DNA of 63,910 nt, filler included, from Octopus bimaculoides (lineage: Eukaryota): the NCBI RefSeq assembly GCF_001194135.2. It is 5 parts of 5 records of this genome, joined end to end, with 100 filler letters (N's around TTAATTAATTAA, not from the genome) between each part and the next. Parts side by side here need not be neighbours in the genome. Positions count along the whole stretch, not along the records: positions 1 to 26,048 come from NC_068982.1; 4 more parts are not named here. One strand, written 5' to 3'. The notes beneath the pieces were generated by a model that saw nothing but the letters and a program-made list of their open reading frames with translations, was not told the DNA's origin and searched no databases. A program made the position numbers and the translations under genes. This document shows, piece after piece, positions 1 to 11,380 of the stretch. Numbering within the stretch: the first letter of the stretch is position 1; every line of letters starts with the position of its first letter.

Positions 1-224
1 TATATATATGTTTATAAATTTTGAATGTGGATTCGTCCTTTTATTGGAAGTTTCCAAACACTTTCTAATGTTGATTCTTCATACTTTGCTGGGAGCTTAC
101 GGGCGTAAATTTGCGCAGGTATGAAAGTATAATGTATGATGAATTTATGGAATGAAGTACCATATATCCCATCAAATTCGTTAAAATGGAGGAAACAAGT
201 TGTTAAAATTTATATGAAGTTTAA

Positions 225-318
225 TTCTTGCAGACGATTGTTTCGTACAAAGATGTAATAATATAAATTCATGATTGAATTAAAGTAAATAAATATCATC
301 GTACTCTTCAGTGCAGAA
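225..318 (-). ncRNA. Type I hammerhead ribozyme with minimal stem III, downstream of a Penelope-like element
   Basis: Minus strand reads TTCTGCA-CTGAAGA-GTAC(GATG...long AT-rich loop...CATC TTT)GTAC-GAAA-C-AATC-G-TC-TGCAAGAA. The CUGANGA and GAAA cores are intact, stem II is GTAC/GTAC, stem III is short, the cleavage triplet is GUC, and stem I is TTCTGCA/TGCA(A)GAA. Confidence 0.8.
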
Positions 319-785
319 AGGAAAGAAACCGCAATACAAGGAACTTAAAGAAGAATAGAGAAGAAAAAAATGGATCTAGGAGAGTCATATTGGTATCTGT
401 GTGAGAAAGAGATGGGAGTCATGTCGGATATTGAACCATAACTAGCGGCTTTAATGGTTATTTGAAGATATAAGTAAAGAGATATCGTAAACGTTCTCTC
501 GAAAGATAAGAATGGAAATTAGAATTGTAGATCCATATATGCAGCGTAGGGCAGGTAAGTAGGAGAAATGTCCAATGAGAAGACAATACCAAGTGTAAAT
601 TCAACCTAACCGTTGTAATCAATAAGTAATATAATATATTTTAAAAAGTCTATACAGAATAATGAAGTTTAACATGAAGGAGTGGTATATGAGAAGCTAA
701 TACTAGATAGTTAACGTAAACAAATAGGAACAAATAGAGAAATGAGTATGAGTTATAAAGAGAGAAGATGATTCATATAAATGAC

Positions 786-1970
786 TTATGTTTGCATAAA
801 AATCATATTATGGTAACACGTATTAATATTAAAAGAGAAAATAAGTAAAAACAGAGAAGCAATTGTTAAAATTACAGTTAAAGTAGTATGTACTTAATTA
901 CAATTAAAGTAGTATGTACTTACTATATAAAGTAGTATGTACTTACACTATACAAATGTGAATTTAAAAGGGATAATATGAAGTTAGATAGACCAAAGTA
1001 AATGTAGGAGAGATAAATAAGCGGAGAAGGAGATCAGTAAAAAAAATTAAAATTTGGATAGGAATGTGTGGGTTACACAAAAGGTGTATATTAGCGTATG
1101 TAGCGTATGTAGACATGTAGATCACCTAAAAGACGTATATGTGGATACATGTGTACATATGCCAGTAATAAAATATACATGATTATAAGGTAGAGTAACT
1201 AATAACAAACAAGTAATAATTAGAATAGGTAAGTTGTGAGGAGGAGAGAGGTATAAGAAAGGGAGTACATGGACACAATATACAAGTAAAGTACAAAATG
1301 TATAGGTATATTACGTACTAAGGAAAGATAAGTTCCTATATCCAAGCGTGTTGAGTGAAAAAGTATAGGGAGACAGATAAAGTGATAGTCCTATATATAG
1401 GGGGTCATCCAGCTGTCAGAAGGAAATATTAAAGAAAAAAATGTATAAAGATAGTATAAGATATAGTAATGTAAAGGGATGTGAAGAGTAATTATATTAC
1501 ATACTAAAGGGAAATATATAAATATATACTTTTTAAAAAATATCAAACTAAGAAAAAGATAAATGAAGAGTTATTTTAGATTAATGAACAGGAATTTGGT
1601 AATGTGATTACATGATATACTTTTTCATCCCTAATATTAGCTAAATTTGCATTGATTCTCATTATGTTATAGCTTTCTTCTGAACATAATCTACAAATTT
1701 TTATTATTATTTGAGAGGGAAAAAGTTAGGATTTTCCAAGAAATGGAGAAATTAATATTATTTCTTTTGAAGTGCCAAATTTTCAGGTGTACCATTATGT
1801 ACCATTTTCAGGTCTTGTACCATTATGTTTACATAAAAATCATAATAAGGTAACACGTATTCATATTAAAGGAGAAAATAAGTAAAAACAGAGAAGCAAT
1901 TGTTAAAATTACAATTAAAGTAGTATGTACTTACAGTGTCTAGAAAGATAAAAATGTGGATTTAAAAGGT
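786..1970. repeat. Direct repeat pair (about 786-970 and 1823-1970) duplicating the 3' end of the Penelope-like ORF; pseudo-LTR-like
   Basis: Near-identical text 'ttatgttt[g/a]cataaaaatcata...gagaaaataagtaaaaacagagaagcaattgttaaaattaca...aaagtagtatgtactta' occurs in both. The first copy has the 'aaagtagtatgtactta' unit three times. Confidence 0.8.
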
Positions 1971-2770
1971 CCTTAAAAGTAGATTTATGGTTAGAAATTC
2001 TCGATTTAATTGAGTTTTGGGTGCACCTTACGTATATGTATCTAAAGGGGTCTTGAGTTATAATAGTTGCTAAGTATACAACTTTCATTTTGCAATTTCT
2101 ATCTACTTCACAGGCATTAGGGTCTCGACAATTACAATTTGAATTTGTGGGTGATGTAGTGGTGTTATATCACTATATTTTGTTGGATTAATAGAATTGT
2201 GGTTATTAGCAATATTGTTGTTGTTAATTGTAGGATTATGAGAGGTATCATTTATAGTTTTAGTGTTTTTTTTTTCTTTATTATTGTTAAAAGAAGAAAT
2301 TATCCCCAAAAGATTTGGAGAAACTGAAAATCAAAATCTATTTTTTTCATTATTAAATATTTTAGTATATTTAGACTTTTTGAAGTTTTTATTAATTATC
2401 ATTCTAATGGATCTAATAAAGTTAGATTTTAAATGTCTGGCAAAAGGGATTATAATCAAAGTAGTATTATTGTTTGTTTGCTTTGTGTTTAGAAGGTCAG
2501 CTTTTCTAATATAAGGTATTGGTTTCCTTTTTGCTATTTTATTCTCATCCTTATTAATTTGAGTGCCATGGTTATGCATGTCATTGAAGTAATTTGGTGT
2601 GTTTAGATTATTCTTATTTTTACTCTTTATTGGTTTAATATTCCTATTTTTATCTTTAATTATACAGTTGTGGTATTTGTTGTCAGTATTTCTAGGTTTA
2701 TTTATGTTAGTGTGGTTAGGAAGTTGGTAATTTTTTATTCTTTTCCTTAGTAAAATTTCGGTTGTGGAGC
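1935..2770 (-). mobile_element. Penelope-like retroelement 3' part: linker plus GIY-YIG endonuclease, decayed
   Basis: Translation gives IPFARHLKSNFIRSIRMIINKNF..KIFNNEKNRF*FSVSPNLLGIISSFNN, then after a frameshift NCNCRDPNACEVDRNCKMKVVYLATIITQDPFRYIYVRCTQNSIKSRISNHKSTFK. This matches the CNC..C / VVY / YxG..xxRxxxH pattern of PLE GIY-YIG domains. Confidence 0.8.
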
Positions 2771-2794
2771 TCGTAGTGGTTGAGTATTTTACAT

Positions 2795-2810
2795 ACATAC
2801 ACACACGCAC

Positions 2811-2866
<56 letters not shown>

Positions 2867-3357
2867 NNNNNNNNNNNNNNNNNNNNNNNNNNNNNNNNNN
2901 NNNNNNNNNNNNNNNNNNNNNNNNNNNNNNNNNNNNNNNNNNNNNNNNNNNNNNNNNNNNNNNNNNNNNNNNNNNNNNNNNNNNNNNNNNNNNNNNNNNN
3001 NNNNNNNNNNNNNNNNNNNNNNNNNNNNNNNNNNNNNNNNNNNNNNNNNNNNNNNNNNNNNNNNNNNNNNNNNNNNNNNNNNNNNNNNNNNNNNNNNNNN
3101 NNNNNNNNNNNNNNNNNNNNNNNNNNNNNNNNNNNNNNNNNNNNNNNNNNNNNNNNNNNNNNNNNNNNNNNNNNNNNNNNNNNNNNNNNNNNNNNNNNNN
3201 NNNNNNNNNNNNNNNNNNNNNNNNNNNNNNNNNNNNNNNNNNNNNNNNNNNNNNNNNNNNNNNNNNNNNNNNNNNNNNNNNNNNNNNNNNNNNNNNNNNN
3301 NNNNNNNNNNNNNNNNNNNNNNNNNNNNNNNNNNNNNNNNNNNNNNNNNNNNNNNNN

Positions 3358-3411
<54 letters not shown>

Positions 3412-3420
3412 CATACATAC
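2795..3420. repeat. (CA)n and (GT)n microsatellites flanking an N gap
   Basis: Visible dinucleotide tracts; they produce the HTHT/CVCV pseudo-ORFs. Confidence 0.95.
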
Positions 3421-4049
3421 ATATTTATATACTTTTTTATTAAAGCTGCAAAAACACCACAAAAACATTACAAAAATCTGCTACTCAGTGTTTTACATTA
3501 CCGTTCGTCGGACAGTTTATGTGTGTGTGTATCAGACATATATGTGTGTGTGTCTGTACATACATACATATATGCAGCAACCGTCTCTTGCTAATGAGTA
3601 AGACATGTTAGCATATACCATTCTTTCGGTAATAGTTTTCAATATCTACAAAGTCGTAACCCATTACACGACCTAGAGAAACATTCAGGATGTGAAAGTC
3701 GGCGGAGTGCTGTAGCACTCGGCTGGAGCTTGCATCAGAATATTGTTTAGCATCGCTCTGCTTTTTCCAGATATCGAAACCAGGATCTTATTATCTTGAA
3801 ATATCTATTCTAACCACGAATAATAACCTATATTATGATATAAAAGCCGAAACTTTGAAGTGACTGTCACCCCTCTTCTTGTAAATACATAATTGACGTG
3901 TACTGTACACAACAAAAAAAGTTTTGAAAATTCTTTATTCTAATCTGAAATTGTTTTTAATAGGACCCGAGAGGGAAAACAAATATTTACACAAACACAC
4001 ACACACACATACATATATACATACATACATACCTGCCTATATACATAAT

Positions 4050-4103
<54 letters not shown>

Positions 4104-4203
4104 CGTGAGTGTATAAAAAGTATTGGTATCTAGAAAACCCAAAGAGTGGCAGGTAATCCTAAGTAAGAGCTAAGGACAGACGATAGTAAAACTCATATAT
4201 ATG

Positions 4204-4278
<75 letters not shown>

Positions 4279-6710
4279 AAAGGGTATATATATGATATAA
4301 GGAAAAAGGAAGAAACAAAGAGAAGAAGAGAACAATGCTACCAGTTTAACAAGGAGTTTTACATCGAAAATCTTTGTTTTACTGTGTGGCTCTTGAGCCA
4401 TCCTGAAGAAACACAAAAGTATTCCACGGTGACAGTCTTGAATGAGATATCTAGTACTACACTGTGTAATAGGCCCTTCACGTTTTTTTTTAAGTCTATA
4501 TAATTTCGGTACGATTTAGTCATAATATCTAAGCGCTTGTGCTACATGTAGCCAGAATTCTGATAGCTTAATGATCACACTATTTAAACCCATGTTTTGG
4601 GTGGAGATTTGTCCCCAACTTGTAGCATCCAGCCACTGGATCGTTGTTTCAAGTGTTGTCGCCGGTACTGTGCTATGAATGTAATCAGCTCCCAAAGCTA
4701 CTTTTAGTTCTATCCTCGTTTAAGTGTAAGTAATGAATGTGGCTTATGCGAGGGAGACTGAATGAATGCTTTTTAATCATGGAAGTAAACAAAAATAAGC
4801 ATATAACGATGAGAAATACATAGAGCTTAGTACTGCTAATGATGACAATAACGTTCAAAATATTTATTTCCTTGCTTGTTATGGTAAATTCTATCTCCCG
4901 TGAATTTGTCATCTTGGTTGTTTAGCACCAGATCAGCTCTGTGATGGAAGCGATTATTAATGTCATTTCTTTTTCTGCCTTCTTAAAATTAAATTTTTCT
5001 TCTTAAAACTGTCCTTGTAATGGCCTCCTCACCTGATGCTCCTATGGCAATAAAACGAAGCATCATCATCATTTATATTATTATTATTGAATGGACAAGA
5101 CAAATATGTCGTTACGTTCTTTTGTGATGCGAGTTCTAATCCCGCCGATGCCAATCTGTTTTTCATCCCACTCATCCTCCAAGGAACATTAAAACAACGA
5201 ACAAAAATTAAAACAAAATAGAATTTAAACAATGATCATACATTTATGTGCACCACCCACACATGGACCTCTCACAACTATAATGACATTTTTTCAGGTT
5301 TCATAATTAATGCGTTTATTCGTTCCAAAATTACCTCTGAGCAATTTTGGTGTCGGGGGAGGCTAAGAAGCTACTTAGAGAGTCCTGATAATGTTTTTCT
5401 GAAATGTTTTCCTTAGGCTGATTCGAAGCTGTTTTTTCTTAATATTCTGATTTATCACATTCTTTACTTAATCGGAGACACTTTTCTCGCCAATATGCAA
5501 TGAATTTGTCACGAAATAATCATGTAAATATTTTAACTCGTCTATCAGTTCTTCGTTTGTTAGTCAAAAGACGGTTAGCTTCATTTTTATGTATACAGGA
5601 GCTGAGCTTACTTCAGCTCCTTTCCTTTCTTTTTCATTTTTTTTTTTGTCCTTCCCGCTCTTTGTAGCAGTTTTCCACCCCTATTCGCTCTCCACCTCCT
5701 CTTCATTATCAGAAAACGATGGTCTGGCGCTGCTAGTTATAACTAGGGAAGAGACCCTGAACTTCCTACTTTGCTCCTGGAATAGAGATGAGATGATCTC
5801 TTCATGAACCGTGTCCAAAGCTGTTCTAGTAACAACAGCTTTCGCGTCCTGTCACTTTTAAAGCAATTTCGGGTGCAGTTGTTTGTTCTTAATTTTATCA
5901 GAAAACTTTTGAATGGTTTTTTGCTGTTACATCTATAGTAGCTGTGTTTTCACCCTGACATCTACCAATAAAGCTTTTCTATCGTTAGTCGCTATAGAGC
6001 AAACTTTCTAGATTGTGTTACGGTTTTGTAAGGATACGGGAACTTGTATGACCATGGAAATCCCATATCACCAAAAGATATATGGATGCTGACTACCATC
6101 CCCTATTGTGCAATGAAGGTAACCAGAGCCAAAAGTTTCATGAGTAACCGATATGTTTCACAGTCACCATTGCCTTGCTTTGTCCAGTGTTGTGAGATTA
6201 GTATATGTTAATATGTGTGATCCACTAACTGAGCTTTTGACTTCGTCCCGCACTTTGTTTTAGAAAAATCAATTTCCTAGCTCTTAGATCTTCCAGTGTT
6301 ATCAACACAACAATGAACTTTAAAAGATGCTTTATACGATATTCTCTTCATCTACCGATGTATTTATAAATCAGCAAGGACCATCTCATCACTTTGTGAC
6401 CATTTCAAATAGAGATCAATCTGTTTTTGCCATACAATGTAACCTTGTCACCTATTTTTTGTTTAAATTTTCTATGACTAGATTTCAATCGTTGCAAGAC
6501 ATTTCAAATGACGAATCCGATCCTCTTCCCAAATTTCACTCAGTATTACCATTTGATGAAGCTTACGTTTGTGAAAGAATGTTATTGTTGTTGTTTGTGT
6601 TTTTAGTACGGATGTTATTTATTATAGAATTATTACATTTTCTTCATGAGCGTCAATTTTCTATTTGCCAGAAGCCTTTTTTATCTCTTTTATTTTATTT
6701 TATTTGTACC

Positions 6711-6714
<4 letters not shown>

Positions 6715-6741
<27 letters not shown>

Positions 6742-6780
6742 CTTAATACAAAAATATCTACACTTTATATTATATACATA

Positions 6781-6834
<54 letters not shown>

Positions 6835-6948
6835 TAAACATACATACATGCATAATACATACGTACACACACATATGCATACATACACACACATGCACAC
6901 ACACACACACACACATATGTTTGTGTATGTGTGTGAATGTGTGTGTGA

Positions 6949-7037
<89 letters not shown>

Positions 7038-7165
7038 CGTGCGTGTGTGTGTATAAGAAGTAATGTTTATCGCCACATAAATAAATATGGCTGTTCGACG
7101 TCACTGCCGTTTTAACTTCATGTAGATCCTCCGCTAGCTACTTTACTTACATATATATATATATA

Positions 7166-7263
<98 letters not shown>

Positions 7264-7630
7264 CAGGGGTGTATTTGGATAGACGGATGGAAGACTTTTC
7301 AGTAAGTTTGATGATGTGCATACAATTGTTCAATTAGCTCAATTATCTCCTCATCGAATTAATGTGTAAGCAGTGAATATTCCACAGACTCATTGTAGAC
7401 ATAACGCAATTCTCAGGCAGAGATAAGACTTCATTTTTGTATCGCAGGAACAGTCCATTCGATGGGCTTCCGTGCAGTTTCCATCTATGCAATTTCTCTA
7501 ACAATGTATAAGTTGATACGAAGCTAATACAAAATAACACTTGCCTAAGATATCATGCAGTGATATTCAATCCAGGAACTGGTTACTGCAAAGTGAACGT
7601 CCTAATTCTTTGATCAAACTACGCCTATAT

Positions 7631-7693
<63 letters not shown>

Positions 7694-7735
7694 GTGTGTG
7701 CTTGTCTTTGTGTCTGCGTGTGTGCATGTTTGTGT
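6715..7735. repeat. Cluster of (GT)n, (TA)n and (CA)n microsatellites
   Basis: Tracts at about 6715-7055, 7150-7260 and 7628-7735. Confidence 0.95.
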
Positions 7736-9239
7736 AAAGAGAGAAAGAGAGGAGTCGAGGAAAGATTCTTCTTCATACGCTAATCACTAAGGAAACTGAA
7801 GATAAACATCGAATGCATGCTATCCATGTAGATCTTTGTAATCCGGAAAACATTAGTCAATAGAATTCACTATAGGAATTAGTCAGATTCTTAGCGCCAT
7901 CACTGCTTGCAGTAGCGAAGTACTCTATTCTCAGTATTCAATAGTTAGAGGTACGAGGAATCTGTCGTTGACTTGAATGTTTGATCCCTGAACATGAGTG
8001 TGTAGTAAGTCTCACAGGAGTTTGTATCTAATTTTTTCAGTCAGCCGTGCTCCCAAAATATTTTACAACGAGCCAACGATGGTGGCTCCACGTGGTAGCA
8101 AGAGCCACTAGAAATAACAGCCAAGCATTGTGGCTATTAGACCTTACTGTTTTAGGAAAAGAATGTCATGTTGAATAATGTAGTTTTGTTATATTGTTTA
8201 CATAAATCCAACCCTGCCAAAAATCACAAAAAATTAAAAGAAACGGGATGATCACGCCTAGAACGCCATTAATCTTTAATCTTTTCTATGGGTGTATTAC
8301 TCTGTAACTGTTCAGCTAATGCTACAATTTAGCTATACGGTATTTGTTGATGCTTGTTAGTCCCATTTCCATCCTCATAGAACAATGATGCTTGTTAGCC
8401 CCATTTCCATCTTCATAGAACAACCTCTAAGTTTAAACACAATATTGATCATCCCATTTTTTTTTAAGAACGCAGAACTATACTATCTAATGTCTTTGTC
8501 TTATTTAATAAGGTTAGGTTTTATTTGAGAGTAATCTTGAGTGCTATTTCTAGCAAGTTGAGAGACTACATAAAATCTTTTTCGTTGTCTTGATAACAAG
8601 CCAGTTATTTAGCTAAATAAGTGGCGTAAGTAACTTTATTTTTGCCAGTTCTTGATAAAAACAAGCAATTTGTTCCAAGAATTGGCTGCAATTAAGTTAC
8701 CAGAAACAATAAAATTTTAATCAAAGAGAATTGACTGTAGTTACGTTCCTATTTCATTCCACTCCTTTTCAAACGAAATTTTACACATTTAGGTATTTGT
8801 GTATTTATTTCACGCATTATGTAATAAAGAGAATCATTTGCTTGACTTCTTTTGTTGAACTGGCGATATGTAAATCGTGGTTGTGACTTTCATGCTTTCA
8901 CCAAACACGTTCTATTCCATTCTTTTTATTCTCCACCATCTTGTTTTCCTATTAAAATTTACATTCATTTCCTTTTCCAGTAAGTCAACGTTTAAATGAT
9001 TAAAGGGTTATTGTATTTTGCTGTTGTTACAGTACATCCCAATAATTCCTTTCTTTCTTTATGGTTGGTAGCATTGGTAGTGTCGGCTTAACACACACCA
9101 TGGTTTAACAGCAAAGGGATCTCTCAAACTATTAACATAGAACAGCTAAATCTCCATGAAATTAAAAGAGGACACACTGGATAATGTTATCTAAGATATA
9201 TAATGACTGAAAAAAACCCAGTGAACTGTAATAAGAGTT

Positions 9240-9640
9240 ACAACTTTTGGTACAAGGTCAGTAATTTTGTTGAGATTGTAAGTCGATTACATCAACCCCA
9301 GATCTCGACTGGTTTATCGACTCCGGAATGATGAAAGCAAAGTCGAACTCGGTGGAATTTGAACTCAGAACGTAAAGACGGATGATATGCCGCTAAGCAT
9401 TTTGTCCCTCATGCTAACGATTCTGTCAGCTCGCCACCTTCCCATGGACTGTAATAACCCCTTCAACTGTAAGCACAAGGCATGAAATTTTGGGACATGG
9501 GGTAAGTCGATTACATCGACCCTAATGCTTAACTGATACTTATTTTATCGATTTCTGAAAGGAAGGCAAAGTTGACCACGGCAGAATTTGAGCTCAGAGC
9601 AAAAAGACAGACAAAATGCCACAAAGACCGTTTGTACTAT
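9240..9640 (-). mobile_element. Two tandem copies of tRNA-derived SINE family A
   Basis: Shared motifs 'gtcgattacatc[a/g]acc..ag', 'gaatttgaactcagaac' and 'ctaacgattctg.cagctcgcc', also seen in more than 10 other copies in the window. Confidence 0.75.
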
Positions 9641-11244
9641 CATCGGTCTGTCTTTCATCTCTATGAAGAACGGCGATGTAGTGAAAACAATGTTTCGTCC
9701 TGTTTTAGATTGCGATAAGGCGACTGTTTGGCAAAATCGCTAGAGAATCAGTATTTAATTGTCACTATTCTATGTTCTAAATTTAAATTCGACCTTGATA
9801 AATTTTTGACTTTCGTCCCCCAGAGAACGATGAAATAAAGTTCTAGTCAATCAAGTGCTCACATCAATTTAATCAATTCTCTTTCCCAAATTTCTGACTT
9901 TGTGAATTGTGTTGCAAACAATTACTTCAGATTTTTATATTTGATGTTCTGACATGAAATTCTGTTGAAACTGATCTTATCTTTCATCCCTCTAAAGCTG
10001 ACAAAATATGTGCGGCTTACGCACCAAAAGCCAATTCAACCCAAATTAAATATATTCTCTTCAAATTTCGAGGGGTTTCGCAGAGACAACTGAAGGATCT
10101 ACGGTTCATTTCCCATAGCCATTAGGATGATATGTTCAAAACAAAGACGATTAACTTTGAATGACTAAGACTACATGTTACTATATAATTACTATATGAT
10201 CTCTGTAATGTTCCCGACAATTTCACTCAGTTCTAAATATTGATTTAAGAGGATTGTGATCGAAACCTGCTGATTTGCCATAGACACAACGATTTCAACA
10301 CAGCCTGGTATCAACGCTTCTTTGATTTTTGACTTACTAGGTTACACTTTTGATATCATTAACATAAAGGCGGTAGATTGTTGGCAAAATGATTGAATCA
10401 TCAGACGAGACAACTAGACAACATTTAATTAAGCTCTGAGTTCAAATACCATCAAGTTCGAGATGAACTTATAGCTTAATTCTACCGAAGACGATATAAT
10501 AAGGTGCCAGTCAAATTCTGTGGATGACGTAATCTCTATAAGTTCCCTTTCCCACATCCGAGGCCTTATATCTGTATTAGAAATTAATTATTTATACTGT
10601 AAGTATATTAGACAAATGACACGATAAGGAACAGTGATACATACGCCCCAACGCTGCGGCCTGGGAATAATGTGATGGGGCATGGGATCCAAAACTTTTC
10701 TATTTTTTTCTTTAAGGGGACATGGAATTTCGAAAATCTTTTTTTCTCAGCAAACATACTACACTAATACATTTTTTCGAACCACTGACGGAGAAAGATT
10801 TTTCTGAAAAGTTATAGTGGGATCAGGGAGAATATAGGTTGGGAAACTATAATTTATATTATAAGTGTATTAGTTACAGAAGTTAATAAAAGACTGGACA
10901 ACCATATGCGACGTCAGCAACTATATTATAATTATATTAGATGAACGAGTCGATAAGGGACTGTCGAGAGGTCAGTAATTACTTATTCTATATAGGTGAG
11001 TGGATAAGGTTCTGAGCTCACAGCTGAGTGGTCGGTAGCTCACGTATTGTCACTGATACTGTAATATATCCGTAACTAATACACTGAAATTGTCAGGTTT
11101 ATTTAGTTGTAAATAGACATCACGAGGTATGAACTTTCGTCGTTATATGTAACAGTATTAGTGTAGGCCATTTCTTGGCTTCTAAGGTTAGGTTCAACTT
11201 CATCTGTGAGAATGACTTAAAGAGGCTCCGCAAAACTAATATAG

Positions 11245-11380
11245 GCTTCAAATTTTAGCATAAAGTCAGTGGTTTGTGGGGAAGGAGAAGTTGATTACAG
11301 CGACCCCAGTGTTTAACTGTTACTTATTTTATCGACCCTGAAAGGTTGAAAAGAAAAGTCGGCTCCGACGGCATTTGAAT
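11245..11380 (-). mobile_element. SINE family A fragment
   Basis: 'ttttagcataaagtcag...gattacagcgaccccagtgtttaactgttacttattttatcgaccctgaaagg'. Confidence 0.7.

Noticed and set aside
1-560. Second RT fragment (YDDI-like motif on the minus strand)
   Set aside because: Many stops, and the motif overlaps the hammerhead stem, so it is more likely non-coding.
1-2860. Mitochondrial insertion (NUMT), suggested by AT richness and strand skew
   Set aside because: No mitochondrial protein, rRNA or tRNA motifs; the region is explained by a Penelope-like element.
2331-3601. Long ORFs of 209-363 aa
   Set aside because: They run through N gaps and dinucleotide repeats; only the PLE-derived tail of 2331-3422 is meaningful.
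7795-7860. CTGAAGA...GAAA hammerhead candidate
   Set aside because: No stem II pairing.
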